Below are positions 1 to 12,100 of a stretch of DNA of 64,000 nucleotides, one piece after another. The notes beneath the pieces are model-generated. The model was not told the origin of the DNA, made no database searches, and worked only from the letters and a program-made list of their open reading frames with translations. Source of the DNA: Leucoraja erinacea (taxonomy: Eukaryota); assembly GCF_028641065.1 (NCBI RefSeq), contig NC_073384.1, positions 43,214,001 to 43,278,000 on the forward strand, given 5' to 3'. Every line of letters begins with the position of its first letter. Positions within the stretch are counted from its first letter, which is position 1. The translations under genes and the position numbers were made by a program.

Positions 1-60
1 AACACAGTGATTTTTTTTTTTTAATGTGCTGCTTGTAATTATTAATTTTTGCATTTCTCT

Positions 61-98
<38 letters not shown>

Positions 99-99
99 G

Positions 100-176
100 G
101 TTGTTTGAGAGTCCAGGATCCAGCATTGAAAAGGAACAGAGTCCAGGGCACTATGGAAAGAAGAATGGAAAATGGA
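100..176 (+). CDS. TP53BP2: TP53BP2 coding exon ([25 protein letters not shown])
   Basis: AG at 98-99 after a poly-C tract and GTAAGT at 177. The 77-nt exon is phase 1 to 0 and resembles the ASPP2 QDPSLKRN...ENG segment. Confidence 0.85.
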
Positions 177-3100
177 GTAAGTATGCCAGTTGTTATCTTT
201 TAAAGTATACAGAGTAGTGACAACACCCTATCACCTAGTGAGTTGAAAGTGGTGTATTTATGACGCACTGCAAATTTAAAAAAAAAACATGTGAAACAGA
301 AACTACTGGTATTGTGATTACAAATATTTCCCCTCTGATTTTCTTTTTCTGCTCTGAATTCCCCCACCACACCTCCAAATAATTTAAATTTGCATCCCTA
401 ATTTTTTATACATTGAATGTACTGAAGCAATTTAAATAAAGAATACTAATGTATGCTTAATTTACCCCCAAGATAATAAAAATGTAAAATAAAAGCTGAG
501 CGGTTAATTCAGGGTAGAAATAGGCTTGATGCAAAAGTGTTTGAGGATAGAAAATTGGCTTCATGGAAGGAAGCAGAAGATGATCGTGGAAGTTTTTTTG
601 GACTGGAGGCCTGTGACTAGTGGTATGCCTCGGGGTTTGGTTTTTGACGCATTGCTATTTGTCATCTGTATCAATGATTTGGATGAGAATGTGCAAGGCA
701 TGATTAGTAAGTTTGCAGTTTACACTAAAGTGGGTGGTTTTGTAAATAATTAAAATGGTTGTCAAAAATTGCAGCAAGATCTTGATCGGTTAGCCAGGTG
801 GGCTGAGGAATGGTTGATGGAGTATATAAGTGCAAGGTGTAACATTTTGTGAAGTCTAACCAGGGCAGGACCTACACAGTGAATGGCAGGTCTCTGGTGA
901 GTTGTAGAGCAGAGGGATCTAGAGGTGCAGATGCATAGTTCCTTTAAAGTGACATCACGGGTGGGTAGGATGGTCAAGAAGGCTTTTGGCTCATTGGCTT
1001 TCATCAGTCCGAGTATTGAGAATACAGGTGCACAACCTTTTATCCGGAGTTCCGGAAACCGAAAAAACTCCGAAAACCGGCCATTTTTTCCAGGATGTCG
1101 TCTGCACACCAAAGCTCGCGTTTGGCGCCAAACTTGACCCGAAACGACCCACGGTCAACCCAGGTCTGTACTACTGTAGTGGCTGCCTCCTCCTCGGAGA
1201 CCGGGGAGACACTTAAACCTCTGTAAATCATTGCTTAAATGTTAGTCAGTTAGTTTGGAGGGCTTTTATGTGAAGGGGGAGGGGAGGGGGTGAAGGGGTA
1301 AACTTTAATTCTTAGTCCCCTACCTGGTCGGAGAGGCGGGGAGCGGTCAATGCCTTACCGGGTCGCCGTGCAGTAAGCTCCGCAGCGCTGGGGCTGCGGG
1401 CGTCCGGCCGTGGGCGGCGCCGGTTGTAGCTCCGACTCCGGCAACTCTACCCCTGGCTGCGAGGCACTCCAAATCCACCGCCGCCCGCGGCCGGACGCCC
1501 GCAGCCCCAGCTCCGCGAATGTTGGGAGCCGGCGGCGTCGCAGCGCTGGGATACCAGCGGGGAGCGGCCAATGCCTTACCGGGTCGCCGTGCGGTAAGCT
1601 CCGGAGTGCTGTGGCCGCCGACTCCCAACATTCGCGGAGCTGGGACTGCGGGCGTCCGGTCGCGGGCGGCGCTGGGTTTGGAGCGCCTCGCAGCCAGGGG
1701 TAGAGTTGCTGGGGTCGGATCTCCAACCGGCGCCGCCCGCGACCGGACGGAGCCCCCAGCTCCGCGATATTGGGAGTCGCCGACCAGGTAGGGGACTAAG
1801 AATCAAAGTTTCCCCCTTCACCCCACCACCACCACCACATAAAATCCCTCCAAACTAACTAACTAACATTTATGCAATGATTTACAATGATTCCCCGGTC
1901 TCAGGGTAGGAGGCAGCCGCTCCAAACTTTTCAAGTCGCCCGCGCTACCTACCTAATCTACGCTAAAAAATCTTCCATTCGGAAATCCGAAAATGTCCGA
2001 AATCCGACAAGTGTCTGGTCCCAAGGCTTTCGGATAAAAGGTTGTGCACCTGTAGAAGTTTGAAGGTTATGTTACAGTTTTGCAAGACATTGTTGAGGCC
2101 ACATTTAAAGTATTGTGTTCAATTTTTATCACTCTTTTACAGGAAGGATAAAGGCGGGTATCACAGCTTTACCCGACTTCTATCGAACATTAAGCTGTTC
2201 AGTCGAAAGAAGGGTCTCAACCCAAAATGTCACCCATTTCTTCTATCCAGAAATGCTGCCTGTTACTCCAGCATTTTGTGTCTATTTTCGATTTAAACCA
2301 GCATCTGCAGTTCTTTCCTACATATTAATCTGCCAGTCCTGACCTTCCCTTTCACAGGTTTCTAATGTCCCAGAATCATGTGCTTAGCAATGCCCTGAGT
2401 TCATCCGCTTTGCATTGAAATAAATGCATTCAATGCAATTCAGCTGCCTTTCCTCGGCCCTTGGCCCGCTCCTGTCTATTGCATTTGCGGTTGTTGACCC
2501 ACCTGTTTCACGGCTGCATTGGATACCGGCCCCCTGGCAATCTAGTTTCTAGTTCCAGAGTGGTACTTGCAAACTTGACTGCCAGAATATAGGTCCCCTC
2601 CAGTTCAGGTGCAATCTGAATCTCATGTACCAGTCACCTCAGTCCCAGAAGAGATCCCAATGGTAAAAAAAACGGAATCTCTGTCCCCTGACCAACTCCT
2701 CAGCCGTGCATTTACCTGTCCTATTTCCCTATTCCTATGCTCAACTAGTATGCGGCACTGGAACTAATCCTGAGATTACTATTCCTGAGGTCCTACTTTT
2801 TAATCTTTGCCTATATTCACTCTGCAGGGCCTTATTCCTTTATGTGCCAATATGCACAATGAATTTGTCAGAGTTAAATTACGTCTACAATTCATTGACC
2901 CACTTTCGGGTTGATTCAGATCCTCTTAAAAACAGATAGCCTTCCTCACTGTCCACTTTCCTATATTTTTTTTGAGTCACCTGCAAGTTTACTAATAACG
3001 TTGACTGCATTATCGTTCAAATCATTCATCTTCTTCTTTTCGTGTCTTTGAAGCTGGTTGGTTATATGATAGTTTCCCATTCCTTTACACAGCCCTTTGC

Positions 3101-6100
3101 GTTTTTATTGAACACTGCAAGATCCTTTGGGCTGCACTGGTTGGGTAGTAGGGGGGCAGACAAGGCAGTGTTGCATTGTATGGTCCTCTTCTCCACATTC
3201 ACAGGTGGTTTGGCCAGTTTCATAGCTCCATCTGGCCATGGCAGCATTTGATCGCCCTGTTCCTGTTCTCAGGAGGTTGAGCATCTTCCAGTGGACCCAT
3301 GGTGCTTCTGAGCCCGGAGGGAGGGCTTCAGAAGGAGGGATACATAGTCAGTAGGAGGGGGGTCGTCCTCAAGCCTTTTTGTCCATAGTTGGAGTCTGGT
3401 TTCTTCCTGTGATGCTATTAGGGGCTGGACATGGCTGAGAAAGCTTCTCCTGGACTTCAGCCGTTGGGCCGGGGGTACACGTCCGTAGAGGAGGTGGCGT
3501 TCATCACTGGTGGCCTTGGTCATCTCTACTCGGCTGGCGACTTCCCGTCTCACATCAGCAGGGGCAATGCCAGCGAGGAGGTGCAGGTTGTTTATGTTGG
3601 TGGGCTTCAAGCAGCCAGTGATTGAGCGGCAGGTGTTATTCAAAGCTGGGTCTAGTTTCTTGGCATGGGATGATCTCTCCCAAACAGGACACGCATACTC
3701 CGCAGAGGAGTAGCACAGGGCCAGAGCAGTAGATCTTAATGTGTGTGCTGTGGCTCCCCATTTGGAGTTGGTCAGCTTCCGGAGGATGTTATTTCGGGAG
3801 TTAACTTTCAGTTTGGTGTTTTTGAAGTGTTCCTTATAGGAGAGAGTGCGATCCAGTGTTACACCGAGGTAGACAGGGTTGGTGCAGTGCTCAAGAGGTG
3901 TTCCAGACCATGTGATGTTAAGGGGTCTGTTTGCTTCCTGGTTTCTGAGATGGAACGAGCAGGCTTGGGTCTTCGAAGGGTTTGCGTGTAGGTGGTTGCG
4001 CTCGTAGTAGAGGTGTAGCTCATCTAGGGCTGAGGTGAGATTCGCTTCTACAGCTTCAAACGTACTCTCTTGGGATGTTACACAGAGGTCGTCGGCGTAG
4101 ATGAACCGCTCAGTGTTCTGGTCCATTGGCTGGTCATTGTTGTAGATGTTATATAGCAGTGGAGCCAGCACACTACCTTGAGGCAAGCCATTCCGTTGTC
4201 GTCGCCAGCGACTTTGCTTGTTGTTAAGGACAACATAGAAGCGCCTATCTTTCAGGAGGGCTCCGATGAGGTCCGTGAGTGCCAGGTCTTTTGTATTCTC
4301 CAAGATCTTTTTTAGGAGGAGGCAGTGATTCACATTGTCAACCGCGGCAGACAGATCAACAAAGACGGCTCCTGTCACCAGTCCTTTCTGGAACCCGTCT
4401 TCAATGTGCTGTGTGAGATTCAGAAGTTGACTTGTTGTGGATTTGCCAGGTAGGAATCCAGCTTGTTGAGGGATGATGGCTGGTTCAGCGACTGGGGCAA
4501 GCCTGTTGAGGATCAGGCACTCAAACAGCTTGTACGGGTGGCATAGCAGGGAGATTGGGCGGAAGCTCTTTGCATATGCTGGATTTTTACCGGGTTTTAG
4601 AAGAGCGATAATTTTGGTTTTCCTCCAGATCTTTGGGATGTTTCTTGTCAGCATGCAATTGTTCATCAGCTCAAGGACCCACTTCCGTGTCAGAGGTCCA
4701 AACTGCTTGATCTCCTCTATGAAAATATTGTCCAGGCCGATGGCTTTGCCAGTCTTGAGGGCTTTGATGCTGATATTGAGCTCTTCAAGGGAGAACGGCT
4801 CAGTCAGTCCGGTGTTTTGGGAGTGCTGAAGTCGGTGTGCTTTTGGTCTTGGCTGTTTTGTGGTGGATTTCCCGTTGAGCAGCAACTGATACGCAACTTT
4901 GTTGGCCGTGGTGGTATACTGTTGATGTGTTGGTGTTGATGGGTCATTGCTGATTTTTCGGATGAGGCTCCATGCCTTTTTGCTGTTTTTTGCCATATCA
5001 GTTGTCTCCAGTAGAGTTTGCCATTTCTGCTGGCGGCATTCTGATAGGGAGGTCATGAGTCTTTCACCTACTTCCATGGTGCTTTCAGCAAAGGGGTCAT
5101 ATTCGTAGAGCTGTTGGTATTGCTCATATATTTCGCTGCTTAGAGTGTCAAGGCCGGGGATGTATTGAGTGCGGCAGCCTCTCGGGATGTTCTTCCGGGC
5201 TGCCTGGTGCACTAACTTGGTGAAGATTTGATAGTTTTTGGGGTCCGCTGGAAGGTGGGCGATCTTCCCTTCAAGATCTTCTTGGAAACCAGGCCAGTTC
5301 GCTTTCCCCAAGTTGAATCTTCTCTGGAAAGGAACTGTGGCTGGGGTAACTGCAGCATTGACTGTAAAGTCAATGAGGCGGTGTTGGGTTTTTGGCAGTG
5401 GCTTCAGTACCAGCTTCTTGCCCAAACCAGAGATGCTGTGGCTGACAAACGCGATATCAGGGTTGTAGCCGGCTTTCCATCGCCCACTATTAAAGGACTT
5501 TGGTTGTTTGGCATTATGGATCAGGTAGAGCTGGTTGGTTTCGGCCCATGCTTCCACTGCATCTCCATCAGCGTTGTTCCCGGCTTAAACCCCATTGTGA
5601 GCTGTGGCTGTTGAAGTCTCCAATCACTATCCTTGGTTTCCCAGATGATGGTATTTCTGGCATCAGGAAAGGTGTGGGAGGTGGCTTGTAGACGGAGGTG
5701 ATGGTAATTCCTCTGAGCTCAGCGGTTAGGACCTGAATGTTGTTTTCATCGCTCTTTGATGTTGATTCGATGATTGTCCCGTTTTTTGCAAGCATGACGC
5801 TTCCATGTTTCTCATGTGGTCTTTCAATGAGGGTGGTCATGCTTCCACTCGAGGGCGGGGATGTTTGGATCCGCGGTGAGTTTCTTGGAGGCAGAGAATA
5901 TCACACTGATGCTCTCTGCAGAGTTGGGCAACAAGTTCTTTAGTTGCAGACAGTCCTTCAACATTTAGAGATATGATGGTCAAAGCTGGCCTTGGGGGCG
6001 GGTGTTGGCCTCTCTTCCTATTCCGGGCTGGGCTACTGCCATTTGTTGGGCTTCTGGACATCATTTGTCTTTCGGCTTTCGGCTTGGCTTCAAAGTGTTT

Positions 6101-9100
6101 GGTAGAATTCGCAAGTAATTTTGGTGATATTACTTGACGGGGATCGCAACGTGAACGCTTCTACCTTGACCCCCAAAATCATTCATGTAATTGACCAACA
6201 AAAGGGAACCAGCACATATCACTCCAGCACTCTGCTGGGCATGGGCTTCCAATCAGTAAAACAATTCTCCAGTACCATCTTTAGACTCCTTCCACCAAGC
6301 CAATTATTAATCTAGTTGGCTAGTTCACCCTAGTCCAATGTATTCTAACTTCCGGACTGGGGATAGATTATATAAGTTTAATGCAGGATACGCAAATGGT
6401 GCGTCGCTACTGGCAGGCAGGGTGTGGATTCAGTACTTCCCTGTTTATGTAAGCTCCTCAGAGATTTGTATAGAGCAGCAGATATGATGAGGTTAAAGAA
6501 GCAAACTAAGAAATTATCATGCAAAGTGTGAAATTATCATGCCAAGTACAGAAGCTAGTTGACTGTTTCAATGCAAGTTTGCCAGTACTTAAGGTAGCTA
6601 AGCTGCCCAGATAGAAAATGCAGTTGGGCACAATCTTCTAATTCTACGATAGCAGCACCAAAGTGTTGCACCATTTTTCAAAAGGTATTTGGGGACAACT
6701 TTGACAAAAAATATTTGTGCTTGCATGGTTACGTTTTTAGAATCAATAACCAAGCTACTGGAAAATAATGATTTAGTTTAGTTTAGAGATACAGCGTTGG
6801 AACAGGCCCTTCAGCCCATTCAGTCTACGCCGACCATTGAGTGCCCATACACTAGTTCTAGCCTTCACACTAGGAACAATTTACAGAAGTCAAATAACCG
6901 ACAATCATGCACATTTTTGGAATGTGGGAGGAAACTAGAGCACCCGGAGAAAACTCGCGTGATCATAAGGAGAATGTACAAACTCTGTACAGACTGCATC
7001 CAAAGTCAGGATCAAATCTGGTCTCTGGCACTGTAAGGCAGCAACTCTACCATTGCGCTGCTGCTCCAATCAAGATGTGCCAGCACAGGTTCATTTCAGG
7101 CAAATATGTGTTAAATCTCAGTAAATGTTCTCCGACAAGATCAGGAATGGAATGTTGCTACACGTGACAATCGACTAAACTGAACTTAGCCACATAAAAA
7201 TGTGGGTAAATGTCTCCCCCTATAGTATATCTGAAAAGGCAATCTAATACAGTATGATTGCAAAGAATGTAAAGCCCAGTATAATTTCCCCTCACCACTA
7301 CCCAACTTCCCTATTTGAGTTATTAGTTATTTTATATGTATTGTCCCTGGTTTTGTTTTCTCCGATATATGGAAGCATTTTTGTACACCTATTAATTTAT
7401 TTCCTTTTGTACCGTTTTGAACTACTCTTCCAAGAAACGTAGTATTTCTTTCTTTCAAAGTGGTCAACATTAGACTCTGATATGGTGTCACCCATTCTAA
7501 GTTGTCTTTTATTTCGTTGAAATCTTTCCTCTCTTATTTTATCTTTAATTTGTTGTCATTTGTACATTTTGAAATCATAATGATATCTGAGTCTGTAATT
7601 TTATATGAATGGTGAATGTTTGTGATCTCAGCACCAGTTTGAATGGAAAATCACTTTTCATGTTTTGTCAGTCTGAATAAATCAGAGTCCTTGATATATT
7701 TTGTATTTTGATTAGGTGTCTATTCTGAATTTTTTGTAAGCATGGTTATTTTATGGCTATTCCGAGATGGATCCCAACCACCCTGCAATAACAAAATGGC
7801 CTTGTCTACATCTAATTGCTCACCTATCTTTTCGTTTCATTCTTATGATGTGACATTACACGGGGACTGACCATTAGGATTTCTGCATTGCCGCATAGAA
7901 AGCTCTGTGTTATTTTTCAGTTACTTCTTGAATTTCTCAGTGCCCAACTGGAGATCGATGTATTCATCCATCTGTTGTTGTAATCTGCCAGCTAGCATAG
8001 CTACAGCATGTTTGTTGTAGAAGTATTTGTTCTGTCAGTGTTCCACATTCTTCTAAAACACCTTATTATCCATTTTATGTTTTATTGTCGCAAACCACTG
8101 TGTATTCAGTGCCACAAGCTAACATATTCCCTTTTTGGCTTGGGTTTTATTTTGAAACCAAAATGTTTCACAAGCTCTTGCTACCTATGTTCTCTGCACT
8201 CCTATCTTTATTATGAGCATTTATTATCTCTTTAAAATGTGTCAATGCTTGGCCCTGTCAGTAGCCACATGCATAAGCTTGATCATGTATAACCATGAAA
8301 GAAAGCAAAAGTCATACCGGCCTCAGCAGACCCAGCTAAGATGCTGGTTTGCTGCATCAAAGTCCATATTTCTGGTCCAGGACTCTGTATCCAAACTGCA
8401 AAAGTGAGAACTGAAGTAAAGAGGGAAGGACGAAGAGGAAATGTTTGTCGTAGGGTGAGATCAAATGCAGACGGATGTGATGAGTGTAGGAAGGGCATCT
8501 TGGTTGGCATGGGCATGTTGGGCTGAAGGGCATGTTTCCATGCTGTTTGACTTTGACTCTAATTGCTCAATTTAATATTCAACTAAAGAGTAACTTGATA
8601 CTTGAGACACAGGAGACAGCAGATACTAGAATCTTGAGTGGTGGAGCAAATCAGTGGGACAGGCAACATCCATCGAGGGAAACGGACAGATGAGCTATTT
8701 CCTACCAAAAACATCGCTTGTCTATGTAATTCAACAAATGATGACAGACCTGCTGCATTCCTCCACCTTGTTCTTTGCTCAAGATCTGGATGCTGTTTTG
8801 GTTAGATACTTGTTTGTGTCCAATCCAGTCAAGGAAAATACTTTACATGAATACAATCAAGCTGTCCACAGTCAAGGGAACAGCATTTAGTGCACAGATA
8901 CAAAAACAAAGTCCGATTAAGGATAGTTCAAAAGATTCTAGTGAGGTAGATGGGAGGTCAGGTTGATGAGAGAATGATTCAGTTGCCTGACAACAGCTGG
9001 AAAAATAAATGTTCTTCAATCTGGAGGTATTTGTTTTCAACCTTCTGTATCTCCTGCTGATGGGTGTTTCCAAACCAGGCTGTGATGCATCCCAGTAAGA

Positions 9101-12100
9101 CGCTCTGTGTGGCACATCTCTAGAAGTCGGTGAAGGTTTTTGGGGACAATCCAAACTTCCTAAGCTTTCTAAGGAAGTCAAGGCATTGTTATGCTTTCCT
9201 GTTCATAACATCAAGGTCCAGATCAAATTGCTGGTGATATTTATTCCTAGGGACTTGAAGCTGGCAACCAACTCTTTTTCAATGCCATCAATGTTCACAG
9301 GGGTATGTAAACTTTCTGAAGTCAATCATTAACTCCCTTGTCTTGCTAACATTTACAGAGAGGTTGTTGTCTTGGCACCAAATTGCTAGGTTTCCGCTGA
9401 AGAAATTGGAAGCAGTTGATTTTGAGCGCAATGTTTCTCAATTTGTTTTCAGGTTAGTGGGCCACGCATGGATATGACACTTGCTGAACTGCAGGAAATG
9501 GCAACTCGGCAACAGCAGCAGATTGATTCCCAACAGAAACTGTTGGCAACAAAGGTACACATCTGTAGACTTATTTTTTTGAAGCTTTTTGAGACTGATT
9601 CTCCCCTAAAGTCGGGTATAGTTCTACTGCGGCTTGGTACCATGTGGTAACATACCCATCTTGAAGGTGAAAATAAACTACTTAATGGAGGATGCGACAC
9701 CAATCTCGCACAATATGTGTTTCATGCCGATGAACTTCATAAATTGTATATTTACATTGTCTTTTTATATAAACACTTAGGAGCAGCATCTGAGGTACCT
9801 GAAGCAGCAAGACCATCGAGATCAACAGTTAGCAGAACAGGAGAAACTACAAAAGCTTCGTGAGATTGCAGAAAGTCAAGAAGCCAAATTGAAGAATGTA
9901 CGGGCACTGAAGGGACAAGTGGAACAAAACCGACTAAGCAACGGGAAGCTGGGTGAGTTATAAATGTTCAAAGGCACTACTGGAGGGATTTGCAGTCAAG
10001 GACGTGAACTTTTAAATTAAAGTGTTTTTTTGATCATGTTTGTCAGTGAGCATAGACATCATGGCGTAATGGAACTTGTGGGATAGAGGACTTTTGGTTA
10101 ACATTCCAAAAGGATTAAATAAAGTTTATTGAAAAATAATTTTTAAAAATCTGTTTATTAAATTTTGAGTTAACCATGGGAGCGAGGAAGACTGGGTCTG
10201 GAATGTATTGGAATAGTCAAATCTGCAATGGATAATGGGTATGAAAGCATTTCAACAGCTCATCTCATTTTATCTCATGAGACAACACATAGAATCTGGT
10301 GATGTTACAAAGGTCTTAGTCTGAAGAAGGGTTTCGGCCCGAAACGTTGCCTATTTCCTTCGCTCCATAGATGCTGCTGCACCCGCTGAGTTTCTCCAGC
10401 TTTTTTGTGTACCTTCTTAATGAGATCAGTTTGTTATCCACGTGATTCAAATGCAACAAAGCTCAGCCTGGATCACATATGATATTGTGATAGTGAAAAT
10501 GGTGTTTCACTTTCACACAGTTCTCAGGCAAAATGATATGGAGTAAATGATTTGGGGGCAAGGGTTGTGATAATGATGAAAACCAATGCACAAATCTTGC
10601 CAATGTTTCTGCTCACCGATCCTGGTTGACAAATTGAACATGATTTAGAAATAAGAAGATAGAAGTGATGAGATGAAGCTGGATGTGGAGAGGAGATAAA
10701 TACAGGGCCAAAGTAATGGATAGCATATGCACACTGGAAATAAGGGATCAAAAATAGGCTTTTGGTGATACCAGAGATAATAGCAATTGGAAGAGAGGCT
10801 GCAACTGAGCATGCTCAAACATTTGATCGATAAAGGTAAAGCTATATTGGTTTGATTTCATACAGCAGTCGACTTCTCAATTTCTTTTCCTCCATCTTAT
10901 TTCTTGCAAACCCACCTCTACCAAGCTTATGGTCATCTGGTCTAATATCTCCTTGTGTGAACCACAATACCTCCTTAAGTATCTGTGCTGAATTTTGCCT
11001 AGTTAATGTGCCATTTAAATGCAAGTTGTTGTTGATGAGAATGATGTTAAATTTCCTTCCCTTCAAAATTGAGAATATCAAATTTTGGGCTCTAAATTAA
11101 GTGACTTCAAATTAAGTGTAAATTTAGAAATTTGCAAAATAAATACTCTGTTCAGTTGCGACTCACCCACAGATGCTGCTCAACCTGTTGAGTTTCTCCA
11201 GCAGGGTTTATGTTGCTTCATATTCTTTTGAGATGGGTTTCTCACTGAATTTCCATCTGTTTCCAAGGCAACCATTTTATCTGTTGAAAATTGCAAAGTT
11301 ATACCCTAATTGGTGTTCAACCCTACACCATGCCTTCATCAATTTACTGGAATTTATTTTACTAATTAACCTAAAACTTAAAAAAAATGCCTGGGTCTCA
11401 CATTGCTCATATTTTCTTATGATGCAAAAGAGGACATTTGACCTAATCAAGTCTATGGTGATGCTTGTAATCCTATTAATGTGTTGGAGGTGGTCCTTCA
11501 AAGATTCAGTAGATTCATAATGGGATTGGTCTATTGAGTGGTTTTGAATGGTTTAACCTTGTCCTCTCTGGGAAAGAATGGGAGGTGATCCGATTTGGTT
11601 TTGTGCTAAACTGACAGGAATTGACTAAGTAAGTAATTTTATTGGCCAAGTATTCACATACAAGGAATTTGCCTTGGTGCTCCGCCCACAAGTAACAACA
11701 TGACATACAGTGACAGTTATGAATGACTCAGAAAACGCTAAACATTAATAATAATAGGGTTTTCACAGACGACACAAATGAACAAACACACAAAACAGCA
11801 AGGAGCAGTACACCGTGGCCGCCATCGTCGGCAGCAGCAGCAGCTACACTTAAAGCAGCTACACAAAGCAAATTGACGGAACAAATTTGTTTTGTTTAGT
11901 TGAACAATCTAGAGCTAAGGGTTCGTAATCTCAGCATAAGGTGTTAAAATATAAGATTTAGATTCATTCAATAGTTTGGTGAATCTTTGGAATTCTATAT
12001 CCTTGAGGGCATTGTTGAGTTGTCAATGTGTGTAATTGTTTAAACTGGAAGATTTTTGGACTTTAAAGGCATTGTGGAAAGTAGGGATTGGATGTGAATG

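Noticed and set aside
26-217. Poly-proline ORF (63 aa)
   Set aside because: It is an artefact of the poly-C tract. The real exon (100-176) is read in another frame.
1347-1821. Several overlapping Arg/Ala/Pro-rich ORFs and a possible CRISPR-like repeat
   Set aside because: This is the GC-rich interior of a MITE. The repeats are irregular duplications without unique spacers, in a eukaryotic context.
6775-7064. tRNA genes in SINE heads
   Set aside because: The heads have only degenerate A/B boxes, cannot form a cloverleaf, and are attached to SINE bodies.
8008-8022. Possible alternative first coding exon MFVVE for an N-truncated ASPP2
   Set aside because: The phase would fit, but the donor (gtattt) is weak and there is no promoter or homology evidence.
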